From: Nitrospirota bacterium
GTDB lineage: Bacteria; Nitrospirota; Nitrospiria; SBBL01; SBBA01
NCBI GenBank assembly: GCA_038067655.1
Contig: JBBTNS010000018.1
Span: 1 to 58,346 of the forward strand
DNA: 58,346 bases
Direction of reading: 5' to 3'
Both the position numbers and the translations under genes were made by a program. The notes under the pieces are model-generated. The model was not told where the DNA came from and searched no databases. It worked only from the letters and a program-made list of their open reading frames with translations. Below, piece after piece: positions 47,079 through 58,253 of the stretch (positions within the stretch are counted from its first letter, which is position 1; every line of letters starts with the position of its first letter).

Positions 47079-47921
47079 TTAGAGGGAGAGTAACATCTCC
47101 CAGAGAACAATCCTAGCCTTCTGAAACGACGAAAGCCGAATGGAACGATCCAAAATATCAAACGGCCGAGCGTCAATCTGGTCTATCAACGCAATATAAA
47201 CCTTTCGCATCAGAGAAAGCGCCAATCTCGCATCGGCATCCACAAGAGACAAGAGCTTTGACGATTCGCGGAATAAAGCACGTATCCGATCCGACTGAAA
47301 TTGCACCAACTTTAAGAAGGCACCATTTTTGACCCTTGCCAGCAAGTCCGCTTCGGAATAACCGCAGGAGGCAATCTCATCAAGCGGCAGATAGATGCGG
47401 CCGCGATCCAAATCCTCCCCGACATCGCGCAAAATATTCGTCAATTGCAATGCGGTAGAAAGGGCCTGTCCATATTCATACGCAACAGGATTACGATATC
47501 CAAAAATCGGCAGAGAAAGATCACGAATCGTTGTCGCCACCTTGTCGCAATAGACCAAAAGCGCTTCATAGGTAGGATACCGATTGATTGTACAATCCAT
47601 CTTGCATCCAGAAATTAATCCTAAAAATCCCTCAATGGGGATTGGATATTTGCAAATGGCATCGGCCAGAGCAATGCTGATCGGATGAGACGGCTCCTGA
47701 CGATAACAGCGGTAAAGCTCATCCTCCCACTCCTTTAAGAGCAGATCAATGGGCTGACTTTGGCGTTCATCAACAATATCGTCCGCGTATCGGCAGAAGG
47801 CATAGACGGCAAAAATCGCCTTTCGTTTAGGCTTCGGCAAGAATCTAAACCCGACAGAAAAATGAGGACCCTGTTTGTTGGCAATGTTCTGACAGTACTG
47901 ATATGCCTCGTCTATGTTCAT
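47079..47921 (-). CDS. Squalene/phytoene synthase family enzyme (HpnC/HpnD/CrtB-like)
   Basis: SFxxAFRFLP-type N-terminus (HFSVGFRFLPKPKRKAIFAVYAFCRYADDIVDE) and a second Asp-rich region (NILRDVGEDLDRGRIYLP). Confidence 0.75.
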   Translation of the reverse strand: MNIDEAYQYCQNIANKQGPHFSVGFRFLPKPKRKAIFAVYAFCRYADDIVDERQSQPIDLLLKEWEDELYRCYRQEPSHPISIALADAICKYPIPIEGFLGLISGCKMDCTINRYPTYEALLVYCDKVATTIRDLSLPIFGYRNPVAYEYGQALSTALQLTNILRDVGEDLDRGRIYLPLDEIASCGYSEADLLARVKNGAFLKLVQFQSDRIRALFRESSKLLSLVDADARLALSLMRKVYIALIDQIDARPFDILDRSIRLSSFQKARIVLWEMLLSL

Positions 47922-47940
47922 TGTGTTACCAATAAAAAAT

Positions 47941-49065
47941 CTAGTCTCTCGTCTTGCCTCTGCACCAATGTTCCGAAAAAGGATGCACGCACTTTTTTTG
48001 CGTCCGCCAAAGCCGCTTCACAATCGGAAGTAGACTGCTCTTCCAAAATGATGCGGCATGCCATTTGGCCAAATAGTTTTTGAAGTCGTGTTGATCCGCC
48101 ATACGGACAAACTGCGACAGCCCAAAATTACCCCCCGATTCATAAAGGGCACGATTCACCAAACTGATGTCCTGAGCCTCCTTCAGTTGCGCCTTCCAAA
48201 GATCGTCATAATTCTTAAACGAAATAAAACTTTCCGCCGCACAAAACCCTGTGAGAACGGCGTAACGGAGGCCAAGTCCAAAAAGATAATCTTGGAATCC
48301 ACCCGCCTCTCCGACATACAGCTTCTGATTGGAAACGGCGGAGGATTTCAAACTAAAATCCATGAAGGAATATCCTGTCTTTGCATCTGTAATTGAAAAG
48401 GGGGCAATCTCTAAAAACCGTGAAAGCGCTGCATCGAAGTGGTGATTCATCTTGGGAAGGTCGCGCGTAATGGCACATCCAAGGGTGGCCTCGCCATCCA
48501 ACACAAAAAGATAAGCATAGCCTCCGGGAGCGATATTTTTATCAAATAACACAAACGTGCAATTTTTTGCATCGGTTAAAAAGGTCATCTCTTTTGCGAG
48601 CGCGTCTGCGCGGGCGGGACCGGTTGCGACGATGTCTACTTCATTTTCAGCGGCACGTCTCCGATAATGAACCGTCACCCCGGCACAAAGCGCCTGATTC
48701 AATAGGCCCTGATCCAAACTGACTTTTTTGTGTGAGGTGTCATTCCCCCGTTTAATCAAGTAGCAAAATGGATCGCGACTTGAAACGCTCTTCGATGCGA
48801 GGCGGTAATCAAACAACGTGGCAGAACGAACAGGCGAGATAAAAAAATTTGTTGCGATGCCAATTTTTTGCAGCATTTCGAGAAAGTCGGTCCCGCCGCT
48901 GCCGTTTTCCAACACTTGAAAATCGCCGATAAATCGCTCGCCCACCGCCTCTCTTTCTTCGAAAATTTCTACGTTGTATCCGGCTTTGGCCAAACAGATT
49001 GCGGCGACAAGTCCAGACGGCCCCGCCCCCGCGATCTTTACTTTTTTTATTTGTTCTTTTAACAT
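47941..49065 (-). CDS. FAD-dependent oxidoreductase (geranylgeranyl-reductase-like)
   Basis: Rossmann motif KIAGAGPSGLVAAICLAKAGYNVEIFE. Lies upstream of the squalene/phytoene synthase gene. Function not resolvable from sequence alone. Confidence 0.6.
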   Translation of the reverse strand: MLKEQIKKVKIAGAGPSGLVAAICLAKAGYNVEIFEEREAVGERFIGDFQVLENGSGGTDFLEMLQKIGIATNFFISPVRSATLFDYRLASKSVSSRDPFCYLIKRGNDTSHKKVSLDQGLLNQALCAGVTVHYRRRAAENEVDIVATGPARADALAKEMTFLTDAKNCTFVLFDKNIAPGGYAYLFVLDGEATLGCAITRDLPKMNHHFDAALSRFLEIAPFSITDAKTGYSFMDFSLKSSAVSNQKLYVGEAGGFQDYLFGLGLRYAVLTGFCAAESFISFKNYDDLWKAQLKEAQDISLVNRALYESGGNFGLSQFVRMADQHDFKNYLAKWHAASFWKSSLLPIVKRLWRTQKKCVHPFSEHWCRGKTRD

Positions 49066-49097
49066 CAGATCATTTAACAGTTTAGAGAATTTTATAG

Positions 49098-49799
49098 GTG
49101 TTTCCTTTATTTATCAACTGGGCGCATAGAGGGGCTTCGGGCCACGCACCAGAAAATACGCTACTCGCATTTGAGAAGGCCGTCGCAATGGGAGCTACTG
49201 GCCTCGAATGCGATGTCCGCGAAAGCCTTGATGGCGTCCCGATTATTTTTCATGATGCGGATTTATCTCGGATCGCAGGGCGACCCGATAAAATCAACAC
49301 TTTAACCTATGCACAAATTCGTAAAATAAATGCAGGTGCCGGAGAGAAAATTCCCACTCTGGCCTCGGTGATAAAACAAACACCTCAAAATTTTCTTTTA
49401 AATCTGGAGATCAAAGCCATTCGCCCGCGTCTTTTATTAGAGTCCATTTATCAACACCAGGCCATTGAGCGGGTTGTCGTCTCTTCGTTTAATGCCCGTG
49501 CCCTTTTTCAAGTCCGATCCCTTGATTCAACAATTAGAATCGGGTATCTTGTTGACAAAGAGGTGAAACCTTCGACCATTGAAAAAGCAAACAAGATGGG
49601 GGCCTTCGCGTTGCATCTTTCTTGGAGGTTGCTTACAAACCGGCTGGTTGCACAGGTTCATCGGGAAGGGTTCCTTCTTTATTCCTATACGGTGGACGAC
49701 GAAGCACAGATGACACGTTTTATTGAAATGGGGGTGGATGGTCTTTTTACAAATCGCCCCGATCGCTTATTTAACTTACAGGATAAGAAAAAATGCTAA
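49098..49799 (+). CDS. Glycerophosphodiester phosphodiesterase family protein
   Basis: HRGASGHAPENTLLAF, ECDVRESLDGVPIIFHD. Confidence 0.8.
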   Translation: MFPLFINWAHRGASGHAPENTLLAFEKAVAMGATGLECDVRESLDGVPIIFHDADLSRIAGRPDKINTLTYAQIRKINAGAGEKIPTLASVIKQTPQNFLLNLEIKAIRPRLLLESIYQHQAIERVVVSSFNARALFQVRSLDSTIRIGYLVDKEVKPSTIEKANKMGAFALHLSWRLLTNRLVAQVHREGFLLYSYTVDDEAQMTRFIEMGVDGLFTNRPDRLFNLQDKKKC

Positions 49800-50461
49800 A
49801 AATAGTTCGAGAATGGACCGTCGAGAAGCCCTGGCTTCTTCGCATTATTATTGGGGCACTTGCCATTACGTTTGTCATCTCGCTGGCATGGGTGGGAGAC
49901 CAAGCCAATGACCATGTAGAGGTTGTGGCTGAAGTGGGCGAAGAGAAAATTTCGATACAGGAGTATCGGCGGGTTTATAAGAATATGTCCCGCTTTTATC
50001 GAAAGCTCTTAAAAGACCAGTTTGACGAAAAAGGATTCCCCAAGCAAGTGATTGATTTGATGGTAGAAGATCGGTTGTGGATTCAGGAGGCCAATCGGAT
50101 GGGACTACAGGCAACCGACTCCGAATTGCAGGAATCCATTTTGAAAATGCCAAGTTTTCAAAAAGATGGAAAATTTAATAGCGAATTTTATAAACGTATT
50201 TTAGCGTCAGAGCGGCTAACCGCAGAAAAATTTGAGGAACAACAGCGTCAAGAGCTAATTGTCGGCAAGGCAAAAAAGATCATTGGCCAGGCAGCCGCCT
50301 TGACCCCTTCTGAGATTTTGGAAATTGAGACAACGAAACCCGCTGATCTCGTCCGAGAGAAAGAGAGTCGTCTCTCTCAAAAGCGGGACAAGGCTTTGCG
50401 TGCCTATACCCTCGCCATGAAGAAAAAGGCAGCAATCTTCATTAATGAGGAACTACTGTAA
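49793..50461 (+). CDS. SurA N-terminal-domain (PpiD-like chaperone module) protein without a PPIase domain
   Basis: N-terminal TM anchor followed by a chaperone-domain-like sequence (ISIQEYRRVYKNMSRFYR...). Confidence 0.5.
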   Translation: MLKIVREWTVEKPWLLRIIIGALAITFVISLAWVGDQANDHVEVVAEVGEEKISIQEYRRVYKNMSRFYRKLLKDQFDEKGFPKQVIDLMVEDRLWIQEANRMGLQATDSELQESILKMPSFQKDGKFNSEFYKRILASERLTAEKFEEQQRQELIVGKAKKIIGQAAALTPSEILEIETTKPADLVREKESRLSQKRDKALRAYTLAMKKKAAIFINEELL

Positions 50462-50513
50462 AGGGCACTCTACCAACAAAAAATTTATTTAAACGGGTTT
50501 CTAAATGATAGGC

Positions 50514-50549
50514 AGCCGGTGGAGAAGACTCTCCACCGGCTATTTTTTT
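50514..50549 (+). terminator. Rho-independent terminator of the + strand operon, overlapping the rpoB stop codon
   Basis: AGCCGGTGGAGA-agac-TCTCCACCGGCT, a 12-bp stem, followed by ATTTTTTT. Confidence 0.75.
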
Positions 50550-53500
50550 ATGACTTGATTAACTCGACATCAAGCCCCAAACTCTGAAGCTCTTTGATCA
50601 AGACGTTGAAAGATTCCGGCAAGCCTGCCTCTAAGAACGGCTCTCCCTTTACAATCGCCTCGTAAATACGAGATCGGCCTGCAACATCGTCGGACTTTAC
50701 CGTCAAGAATTCCTGAAGGGTTGAGGCCGCGCCATACGATTGAAGCGCCCAGACCTCCATCTCTCCAAGTCTTTGTCCTCCAAACTGTGCCTTTCCACCC
50801 AAAGGCTGCTGCGTCACGAGCGAATAAGGTCCGTTTGATCGAGCATGAATCTTGTCATCAACAAGATGGTGCAGTTTGAGCACATACATTTGCCCAACTG
50901 TGACCTCTCCCCGGAACGCCTCGCCTGTTTTCCCATCATAAAGCCGGGTCTGCCCAGAAGAAGGCAGTTTCGCTTCTGCCAACATATACTTGATGTCTTT
51001 TTCTGTCGCACCGTCAAAAACAGGGGTTGCCACAGAAATCCCCAATACCTTTGCCGCCCAACCCAAATGGGTCTCCAATATCTGTCCCACATTCATTCGG
51101 GACGGAACCCCCAAAGGATTAAGAAGAACATCAACCGGCGTACCGTCCGCAAGATAAGGCATATCTTCTTCCGGAAGCACACGGGAGACAACCCCCTTAT
51201 TCCCGTGCCGGCCAGCCATTTTATCACCGACTTGCACCTTACGCTTCATGGCAATAAAGACCTTCACCCACTTAATCACCCCAGGAGGAAGCTCATCCCC
51301 GCGCCGCAACCGTCCGATCTTCTCATCATAGTTCATCTGAAGAATATCAACCTGCTCCTTCATAAAATCTTCAATTTGAACAATCTTTCCCTGCGCATCC
51401 ATGTCGTTTAAAATCAAACCTTTTAAGGCAACATCAGGAAGACAATCCAAAACCTCTTTCGTAATCTCTTTCTTCTTTTTTAAGAGAACCTCTCCTGATT
51501 CACGATCAATCAAATCGGACCCAATGGAGTTACCGACCAAGAACTTACGAATCTTTTTATATTTCTCCTCCTCAATAATTCGAAGTTCATCCTGATGATC
51601 ACGACGTAGCCGAGCCACTTCCTCTACATTTAAACTCTTAGTCAACGGCTCCTTCTCAATGCTTTTGCGTGCAAATATTTTTACATCAACAACAGTTCCT
51701 TCAACCCCAGGAGGCACATACATTGAGGCATCCTTAAAATCGCCTGCCTTCTCTCCAAAAATAGCCCTCAACAACTTCTCTTCAGGGGTAAGATGGGTCT
51801 CCCCTTTCGGAACAATCTTTCCAATCAGAATATCCCCTTGACGAACATAAGCACCAACTCTGACAATTCCAGACTCATCCAGATTGCAAAGTGCCTCTTC
51901 CCCAACGTTAGGGATATCGCAGGTCATCTCTTCTTTACCCAATTTTGTATCGCGGAATTCCAGATCAAACTCCTCAATGTGAATGGAGGTAAATCGATCC
52001 TCTTTAACCAGTCGTTCCGAAAGCAAAATTGCGTCTTCAAAGTTGTACCCTTCCCAAGGCATGAACGCAACGAAAACATTCTGACCCAAGGCCAACTCGC
52101 CCGATTCCATTGCAGGGCCGTCGGCAAGAAAATCCCCCTTCTTGACACGCTGCTTTACAGAAACAAGCGGTTTTTGGTGCAAACAAGTTGATTGATTCGA
52201 TCTCTGAAATTTTAGGAGACGATAGACATCAAAGGCAATCTCCTCGTTATCCACCGCCGATGCCTTTTCTTTACGAGATAGATCCGCCTTAATCACAATC
52301 CGAGATGCGTCGACCGTCTCAACTACGCCATCCCGCTTTGCCAATACGCCATATCCTGAATTACGCGCAACCACCTGCTCCATCCCAGTTCCAACAATGG
52401 GGGCCTCCGCCACAAGCAAGGGCACGGCTTGCCTCTGCATGTTTGAGCCCATCAAGGCACGGTTTGCATCATCATGCTCCAAGAACGGAATGAGCGCAGT
52501 TGCAACACTGACAATCTGCTTCGGAGAAACATCCATATACTGAACATCTGCCGCAGGAACGGTTACAAACTCCCCACCCGACTGCACAGAAACAGAATCA
52601 GCCACAATCATTTTCTTTGCATTCATGGGCGTGTTGGCCTGCGCAATCGCATAACGATCACCATCAATTGCCGAAAGAAACTCCGCAGTATCACTGACAA
52701 CCCCGTTTTCTACTTTACGATAAGGAGACTCAATAAAGCCAAACTCGTTCACCCGGGCATAAGTCGCCAAAGAAGTAATCAATCCGATATTGGGCCCCTC
52801 CGGTGTTTCAATCGGACAGATACGGCCATAATGAGAGGGATGAACGTCACGAACCTCAAACCCTGCGCGATCTCTCGTCAACCCACCCGGTCCCAACGCG
52901 GAAAGTCGCCGCTTATGGGTCAGCTCAGCCAAAGGATTTGTCTGATCCATAAATTGAGACAACTGGCTGCTGCCGAAAAATTCTTTGATGGCCGCAATCA
53001 CCGGCTTTGCATTGATCAAATCATGCGGCAAGGCGGTCTCCAGATTCAGCAAAGACATTCTTTCCTTGATCGTCTTCTCCATCCGAACCAGCCCGACACG
53101 GAACTGATTCTCTAATAGCTCACCCACCGACCGGACACGCCGACTGCCAAGATGATCAATATCGTCAATCTCCCCTTTTCCTCCCTTGAGGTTGACCAAA
53201 TAACGCACGGTCTCTAAGATATCCTCTTGGGTCAGGGTTCTGCAGGTCAAAGGAATATTGACACCTAACTTCTTATTGATCTTTAACCGCCCAACGGGAT
53301 AAAGATCATACCGCTTTGGATTATAAAACAGACTGTCAAATAAGTTTTGCGCCATCTCCATCGTCGGGGTTTCACCGGGACGGATCCGCCGATAAACCTC
53401 GACCATCGCATCATGAGGAGATAACACCTTCTTTGTGGCCAACGTATCACGAATCACTGGAGAGTATTGGGTATTGTCCATATAAAGTAGACCCAGTGTA

Positions 53501-54576
53501 GAAATCCCTGCCGCAACAATATTCGCTAAACTGGCTTCAGTTAAGGCCTGATTTCCTTCAACCAACACCTCACCGGTCGTTGGATTTACGATATCGCTTA
53601 AGACAACACGACCGACAACATTAGATTTTGGATAGGGCACTTCATCCGCGCCCTCCTGTTTCAGCTTTAAAAGTGTCGTTTGTGAAAGACGAACCCCTTC
53701 CTTGACAATGACCTCTTTGTGGCGATCCTTAATCGTGGCAGGAGAAGGAACACCGATATGAATATCAGCACTCAACCTTCTGAAGAAAAGCCCCTCCTCA
53801 ATCCGAATCTCCTCAATCGGATAAAACGCCCTTAAAAGAAGCTCCTCAATTCCATCAGCCTCAACACGGGAATCGCCTACTTTAAAGAAATATTTCTTCT
53901 CTTTCCCGCGAGTTTCCTCATGGGCAAACGCCGCCAAAAGAACAGTAATTGGAAGTTTCCGCCTGCGATCCACCCGCGCGAAAAGAATATCTTTTGAGTC
54001 AAACTCAAAATCAAGCCATGAGCCTCTATACGGAATTATTCTTCCTGAATAAAGCACCTTACCAGAGGCATGGGTCTTCCCCTTATCATGCGAAAAAACA
54101 CAACCAGGGGAACGCTGTAACTGACTCACAACGACACGCTCCGTCCCATTGATAATAAAAGTTCCGGTTTCGGTCATCAGTGGAAGCTCTCCTAAATAGA
54201 CCTCTTGTTCCTTCACATCCCGCGCTTTTTTCGTCTTGCCCTCTTTCTCAAATAGAGTCAGCCGAACCTGTATTTTAAGAGGGACCGCAAACGTCATTCC
54301 TCGCTCAAGACATTCTGTCACCTCATATTTTGGAACACCGGCAGAATAATTAATAAACTCAATCACCGCCATCTCATTATAATCCGAGAGAGGGAAAACG
54401 CTTGTAAAAACAGATTGCAAGCCGATATCTTCACGCGCTTCAGGCGGAACATCACGCTGCCAGAAACGATCATAAGACGCCTTTTGAATTTCAATCAGAT
54501 CAGGAATTTCAACCTTAATAGGACTTTTTGAAAAATCTTTTCTGGAGATGACTTCACCGGTTTTGCTTTTTACCAT
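50548..54576 (-). CDS. rpoB: DNA-directed RNA polymerase beta subunit
   Basis: 1342 aa with typical beta-subunit sequence throughout. Downstream of rplL. Confidence 0.97.
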   Translation of the reverse strand: MVKSKTGEVISRKDFSKSPIKVEIPDLIEIQKASYDRFWQRDVPPEAREDIGLQSVFTSVFPLSDYNEMAVIEFINYSAGVPKYEVTECLERGMTFAVPLKIQVRLTLFEKEGKTKKARDVKEQEVYLGELPLMTETGTFIINGTERVVVSQLQRSPGCVFSHDKGKTHASGKVLYSGRIIPYRGSWLDFEFDSKDILFARVDRRRKLPITVLLAAFAHEETRGKEKKYFFKVGDSRVEADGIEELLLRAFYPIEEIRIEEGLFFRRLSADIHIGVPSPATIKDRHKEVIVKEGVRLSQTTLLKLKQEGADEVPYPKSNVVGRVVLSDIVNPTTGEVLVEGNQALTEASLANIVAAGISTLGLLYMDNTQYSPVIRDTLATKKVLSPHDAMVEVYRRIRPGETPTMEMAQNLFDSLFYNPKRYDLYPVGRLKINKKLGVNIPLTCRTLTQEDILETVRYLVNLKGGKGEIDDIDHLGSRRVRSVGELLENQFRVGLVRMEKTIKERMSLLNLETALPHDLINAKPVIAAIKEFFGSSQLSQFMDQTNPLAELTHKRRLSALGPGGLTRDRAGFEVRDVHPSHYGRICPIETPEGPNIGLITSLATYARVNEFGFIESPYRKVENGVVSDTAEFLSAIDGDRYAIAQANTPMNAKKMIVADSVSVQSGGEFVTVPAADVQYMDVSPKQIVSVATALIPFLEHDDANRALMGSNMQRQAVPLLVAEAPIVGTGMEQVVARNSGYGVLAKRDGVVETVDASRIVIKADLSRKEKASAVDNEEIAFDVYRLLKFQRSNQSTCLHQKPLVSVKQRVKKGDFLADGPAMESGELALGQNVFVAFMPWEGYNFEDAILLSERLVKEDRFTSIHIEEFDLEFRDTKLGKEEMTCDIPNVGEEALCNLDESGIVRVGAYVRQGDILIGKIVPKGETHLTPEEKLLRAIFGEKAGDFKDASMYVPPGVEGTVVDVKIFARKSIEKEPLTKSLNVEEVARLRRDHQDELRIIEEEKYKKIRKFLVGNSIGSDLIDRESGEVLLKKKKEITKEVLDCLPDVALKGLILNDMDAQGKIVQIEDFMKEQVDILQMNYDEKIGRLRRGDELPPGVIKWVKVFIAMKRKVQVGDKMAGRHGNKGVVSRVLPEEDMPYLADGTPVDVLLNPLGVPSRMNVGQILETHLGWAAKVLGISVATPVFDGATEKDIKYMLAEAKLPSSGQTRLYDGKTGEAFRGEVTVGQMYVLKLHHLVDDKIHARSNGPYSLVTQQPLGGKAQFGGQRLGEMEVWALQSYGAASTLQEFLTVKSDDVAGRSRIYEAIVKGEPFLEAGLPESFNVLIKELQSLGLDVELIKS

Positions 54577-54684
54577 ATTCTTTTTTTCCCTTATGCGAAC
54601 TTCAACTCAAGGAGGAGACAACGAAGCATCAACTCACAACTTGGAAACCCCATCACCCCCCCCCTTTTATTAAAGGAAAGAAAT

Positions 54685-54711
54685 GAACCCCTCTTTTCTA
54701 AAGAGGGGTTC
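54685..54711 (-). terminator. Hairpin attenuator or partial terminator between rplL and rpoB
   Basis: On the minus strand, GAACCCCTCTTT-aga-AAAGAGGGGTTC is followed by ATTTCTTTCCTTT. This is the classical position of the rplL-rpoB attenuator. Confidence 0.55.
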
Positions 54712-54736
54712 GGGGAGTCCTATAAATCGATGGTCT

Positions 54737-55144
54737 TTACTTAACCTCAACCGTGGCGCCAACCTCTTCCAATTTCGCCTTCATGGCTGCGGCTTCTTCC
54801 TTAGTCACCCCGGTCTTTACTGATTTAGGCGCAGCCTCCACCAAATCTTTCGCCTCTTTAAGGCCCAGGCTGGTCAATTCACGCACCACCTTAATCACCT
54901 GAATCTTTTTATCGCCGCCAGCCGCCAAGATCACATCAAAGGCCGTTTTCTCTTCAACAACAGCCGCAGCAGCCCCATCACCGGCACCAGCAGCAGGACC
55001 CGCCGCCATCGCCATTGGTGCTGCCGCCGTCACACCAAAACGATCCTCAACTAGCTTAATCAATTCTGAAAGCTGAAGTACCGGCATCTTCTCGATTGCC
55101 CCAATAATCTGTTCGTTTGTTAATTCCATTTCTGCTGTTGGCAT
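54737..55144 (-). CDS. rplL: 50S ribosomal protein L7/L12
   Basis: Ala-rich hinge and C-terminal domain [12 protein letters not shown]. Confidence 0.95.
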   Translation of the reverse strand: MPTAEMELTNEQIIGAIEKMPVLQLSELIKLVEDRFGVTAAAPMAMAAGPAAGAGDGAAAAVVEEKTAFDVILAAGGDKKIQVIKVVRELTSLGLKEAKDLVEAAPKSVKTGVTKEEAAAMKAKLEEVGATVEVK

Positions 55145-55164
55145 TTTCTCTTATCTCCTTTTAT

Positions 55165-55689
55165 TTAGTTATTCTTCTCTTTTGCTTCCACAACTGCCTG
55201 AAGCGTTCTGGCAAATTTACTCAAAATCCCGCCTAACGCGCCCCTTAAACCATAAAGCGGGGACTTCATTCTGACCACTAACTGGCCCAACAAAATCTCT
55301 TTGCTAGGCAACTTTGCTATCTGCTTGAAAGCTGCAAGGTCAACAACCCGATTTTCAACAACACTAACCTTCATCTTGAGCTTTTTTTGCTGCCCAAAGA
55401 GTGTATTCATTGCTTTGACCGGCAGAACGGGATCTCCCGATCCAATGGTCACAGCGACCGGCCCCTTAAAATGAGCAGTCACCTTCTCCAGCACTGTTCC
55501 TTGTGCCGCCCGAATGGCAAGCCGATTCTTAATGACCTTAAATTCTCCTTTGGCTTTGCGAACGGCACTTTTCACTTCTTGGACTTCTGCAACCGTCATT
55601 CCGGAAAAATCAGAAAGCACTGCAACACTCGCGGATTGAAATTTCTCATGTAACCGCTGGACAACAACTTCTTTATCTTTTCGCTTCAT
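55165..55689 (-). CDS. rplJ: 50S ribosomal protein L10
   Basis: Sequence and position between rplA and rplL. Confidence 0.9.
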   Translation of the reverse strand: MKRKDKEVVVQRLHEKFQSASVAVLSDFSGMTVAEVQEVKSAVRKAKGEFKVIKNRLAIRAAQGTVLEKVTAHFKGPVAVTIGSGDPVLPVKAMNTLFGQQKKLKMKVSVVENRVVDLAAFKQIAKLPSKEILLGQLVVRMKSPLYGLRGALGGILSKFARTLQAVVEAKEKNN

Positions 55690-55747
55690 TATTATTCCTT
55701 TTACTAGGTAGGGGGGGCAAACCCGCCTACAATATGTACGCTACCCT

Positions 55748-56440
55748 CTATTTGAGGTGATCCATTCCAGCAATATCCACATGGATACCAGGCCCCATGG
55801 TAGACGAAACGGTAATTCCCCTTAAATATTGCCCCTTGACCGATGCCGGTCGTGCCTTAATAATCGCCTCAATAACCGTCGAGGCATTTTCAAAAAGCTG
55901 CTGTGCAGTGAAAGAAATTCGGCCGATTGAGCCATGAAAGATGCCGGCCTTTTCTACACGATACTCTACCTTTCCCTGTCGCAGATCCTTAATCGCCTTG
56001 GCCACCTCAAACGTAACCGTCCCCATTTTTGGATTAGGCATCAAACCACGCGGTCCCAAAACCTTTCCTAGCTTTCCGACCGTGGCCATCACATCCGGCG
56101 TTGCAACTGCAGTATCAAAATCCATCCAGCCTTTATTGATCTTCTCAATGAGGTCTTCCATCCCCACAAAGTCGGCTCCCGCGTCCCTTGCTTCTTTCTC
56201 TTTCTCTCCTTTTGCAAAAACGACAATACGAACCTTTTTGCCTGTTCCATGCGGCAACGTGGCAGAGCCGCGAACCATCTGATCTGAGTGTCTCGGGTCA
56301 ACCCCTAAACGAACGGCAAGATCAACCGATTCGTTAAATTTGGCCGATCCTGCTTCCTTCACAAGAGAAAATGCCTCCTGCAACGTGTAAGATGGCTTTG
56401 TCACTTTTGCAACTGCAGCCTTATGTCTTTTTCCAATCAT
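55748..56440 (-). CDS. rplA: 50S ribosomal protein L1
   Basis: [24 protein letters not shown]. Confidence 0.95.
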   Translation of the reverse strand: MIGKRHKAAVAKVTKPSYTLQEAFSLVKEAGSAKFNESVDLAVRLGVDPRHSDQMVRGSATLPHGTGKKVRIVVFAKGEKEKEARDAGADFVGMEDLIEKINKGWMDFDTAVATPDVMATVGKLGKVLGPRGLMPNPKMGTVTFEVAKAIKDLRQGKVEYRVEKAGIFHGSIGRISFTAQQLFENASTVIEAIIKARPASVKGQYLRGITVSSTMGPGIHVDIAGMDHLK

Positions 56441-56458
56441 GTTTATCCTTTCAATCCC

Positions 56459-56884
56459 CTAGGCCGTAACCTGTACACCCATACTTCGGGCGGTTCCTTC
56501 AATAATCCGCTCTGCCCCCTCAAGACTCACGGCATTTAAATCTGGCATCTTTATTTTTGCAATTTCCCGAATTTGCGCCTTCGTAACCGCTCCAACCTTA
56601 TCTTTATTCGGCGCAGCCGCCCCCTTGGCAATTTTTGCCGCTTTTCTAAGAAGATCAGACGCAGGCGGTGACTTTGTTACAAACGTAAAGGTACGATCCG
56701 TATAAATCGTAATCAAAGCAGGGATAATTGTATCCTCGATCCCTTGTGTTTTTGCATTAAACTGCTTGCAAAAGTCCATAATATTAAGACCATGCTGACC
56801 CAAGGCTGGCCCGATAGGCGGCGCAGGGTTGGCCTTTCCAGCCGGAATCTGAAGCTTGACAGTTGTTTTTATTTCTTTTGCCAT
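56459..56884 (-). CDS. rplK: 50S ribosomal protein L11
   Basis: [23 protein letters not shown]. Confidence 0.95.
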   Translation of the reverse strand: MAKEIKTTVKLQIPAGKANPAPPIGPALGQHGLNIMDFCKQFNAKTQGIEDTIIPALITIYTDRTFTFVTKSPPASDLLRKAAKIAKGAAAPNKDKVGAVTKAQIREIAKIKMPDLNAVSLEGAERIIEGTARSMGVQVTA

Positions 56885-57417
56885 TATGACACCTTTTCTA
56901 CCTGAAGAAAGTTTAATTCCACCGGAGTGGAGCGGCCAAAAATAGAGACCATTACCTTAACCTTGCTCTGATCCAGATGAATCTCTCCGACAACACCATT
57001 AAAGCCATAGAACGGCCCGTCGGTAATCCGAACCGAATCCCCGCTTTCAAATTGCGTCTTCTCGCGGGACGGAGATGCTCCCTCATCGACTTGGCTCAAA
57101 AGAAGATCAACTTCTTGTTGAGAAAGAGGCGTTGGCTCCTCCCCGCTTCCCAAAAAACCAGAAACCTTAGGCGTGATCTTCACCATCTGTTGTAACTGAT
57201 CGTCAAGACACATCTCCATTAAGAGGTATCCAGGGAAGAATTTTTTTGTTAAAGTCTGTTTTTTCCCTCCCTTAATCCGAATCACCTCTTCCGTTGGAAC
57301 CAAAATCCGACCCACACGGTTTTCAAGACCCAGAGATTTCACCTTTTCTTCTAGCGCCGTCCGGACTCGATTCTCAAATCCTGAGTAGGCATGAATAACG
57401 TACCAGCTTTTTTCCAT
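56884..57417 (-). CDS. nusG: Transcription termination/antitermination factor NusG
   Basis: [14 protein letters not shown], with a KOW motif at the C-terminus. Confidence 0.95.
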   Translation of the reverse strand: MEKSWYVIHAYSGFENRVRTALEEKVKSLGLENRVGRILVPTEEVIRIKGGKKQTLTKKFFPGYLLMEMCLDDQLQQMVKITPKVSGFLGSGEEPTPLSQQEVDLLLSQVDEGASPSREKTQFESGDSVRITDGPFYGFNGVVGEIHLDQSKVKVMVSIFGRSTPVELNFLQVEKVS

Positions 57418-57455
57418 CTTTTAGATTACCTAAATTTTCATTGTAGGGGATTTGC

Positions 57456-57598
57456 CCCCTAAAACACCCACCGCAATAGCCGAACGACTAAAGGGGCTCG
57501 CGTCGCCCCCTCCACCGGCAAAGCCGGATGGAGCCTCCCCCTCAACGCTCGCATTCGCTCGCTGGTTTTCTCCCCTAAAACACCCACCGCAATAGCCG
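57456..57598. repeat. 27-bp direct duplication of the secE 3' end flanking an 89-bp hairpin-rich insert
   Basis: CCCCTAAAACACCCACCGCAATAGCCG occurs at 57456-57482 and 57572-57598. The second copy encodes the real secE C-terminus (…LLRWVF-stop). Confidence 0.8.
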
Positions 57599-57775
57599 TA
57601 CCAAAATAGAGTCGGTTGCAGCAAGAAATATCGTAATGACGATTGTTAACACAACAACAACCGTTGTTGATCCAATCACTTCATCCCGAGTAGGATAGGA
57701 GACTTTTAAGACCTCTCCCTTTACCTCCCCGAAGAACTCCTTTACCGACTGAAACCACTTTTTTATCGCTTCCAT
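57575..57775 (-). CDS. secE: Preprotein translocase subunit SecE
   Basis: 66 aa with a single TM helix and KEFFGEVKGEVLKVSYPTRDEV. Position between tRNA-Trp and nusG. Confidence 0.9.
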   Translation of the reverse strand: MEAIKKWFQSVKEFFGEVKGEVLKVSYPTRDEVIGSTTVVVVLTIVITIFLAATDSILVRLLRWVF

Positions 57776-57942
57776 TTATTCAATCACTGCGGGGACATCC
57801 CCTCGCCAAAAACCACAATCAATAAAAAACTGTTTCTAGGCACCCCAACGAGGCATCACACCTTGCAAAGCCTGTTGGTTTTGCTACGCGCCGAAGCCAA
57901 GCTCCTACTTACCATCATTCCACCAAGGGGCGTTTGCCCCCG

Positions 57943-58017
57943 CAGGCCAGGCGGGACTCGAACCCACAGCATGCGGTTTTGGAGACCGCCGTTCTAACCG
58001 GTTGGAACTACTGGCCT
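57943..58017 (-). tRNA. trnW: tRNA-Trp (anticodon CCA)
   Basis: A manual cloverleaf fits: acceptor AGGCCAG/CTGGCCT, D stem GTTC/GAAC, anticodon stem GCGGT/ACCGC with loop CTCCAAA, and T arm GTGGG-TTCGAGT-CCCGC. 75 nt with no encoded CCA. Confidence 0.9.
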
Positions 58018-58022
58018 GTGAA

Positions 58023-58172
58023 TCACTTAACCTCTTTGTGAGGCGTATGTTTTCTACAACGGCGACAGTACTTTTTTAACTCCAAACGCTCTGGATCGTT
58101 CTTCTTATTCTTTGACGTTGCGTAATTTCTCTCTTTACAGTCTGGACAGGCCAACGTAATAATATCTTGCAT
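58023..58172 (-). CDS. rpmG: 50S ribosomal protein L33
   Basis: Hand translation gives [49 protein letters not shown] (49 aa, CxxC...CxxC). Missing from the ORF track because it is shorter than 60 aa. Confidence 0.9.
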   Translation of the reverse strand: MQDIITLACPDCKERNYATSKNKKNDPERLELKKYCRRCRKHTPHKEVK

Positions 58173-58253
58173 AATATTTCCCTTCCCCACAGCGACCAAC
58201 AGCAGTCGAAACCCAGACTGCGGAAGCTGTCATTCTCGCTGTCCCACGTTGGG

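Noticed and set aside
57430-57624. ORF 57430..57624(-), 64 aa, between nusG and secE.
   Set aside because: It spans the duplicated secE 3' end and the hairpin insert. It overlaps the true secE reading frame out of frame, its sequence is Gly-rich and it has no start context.
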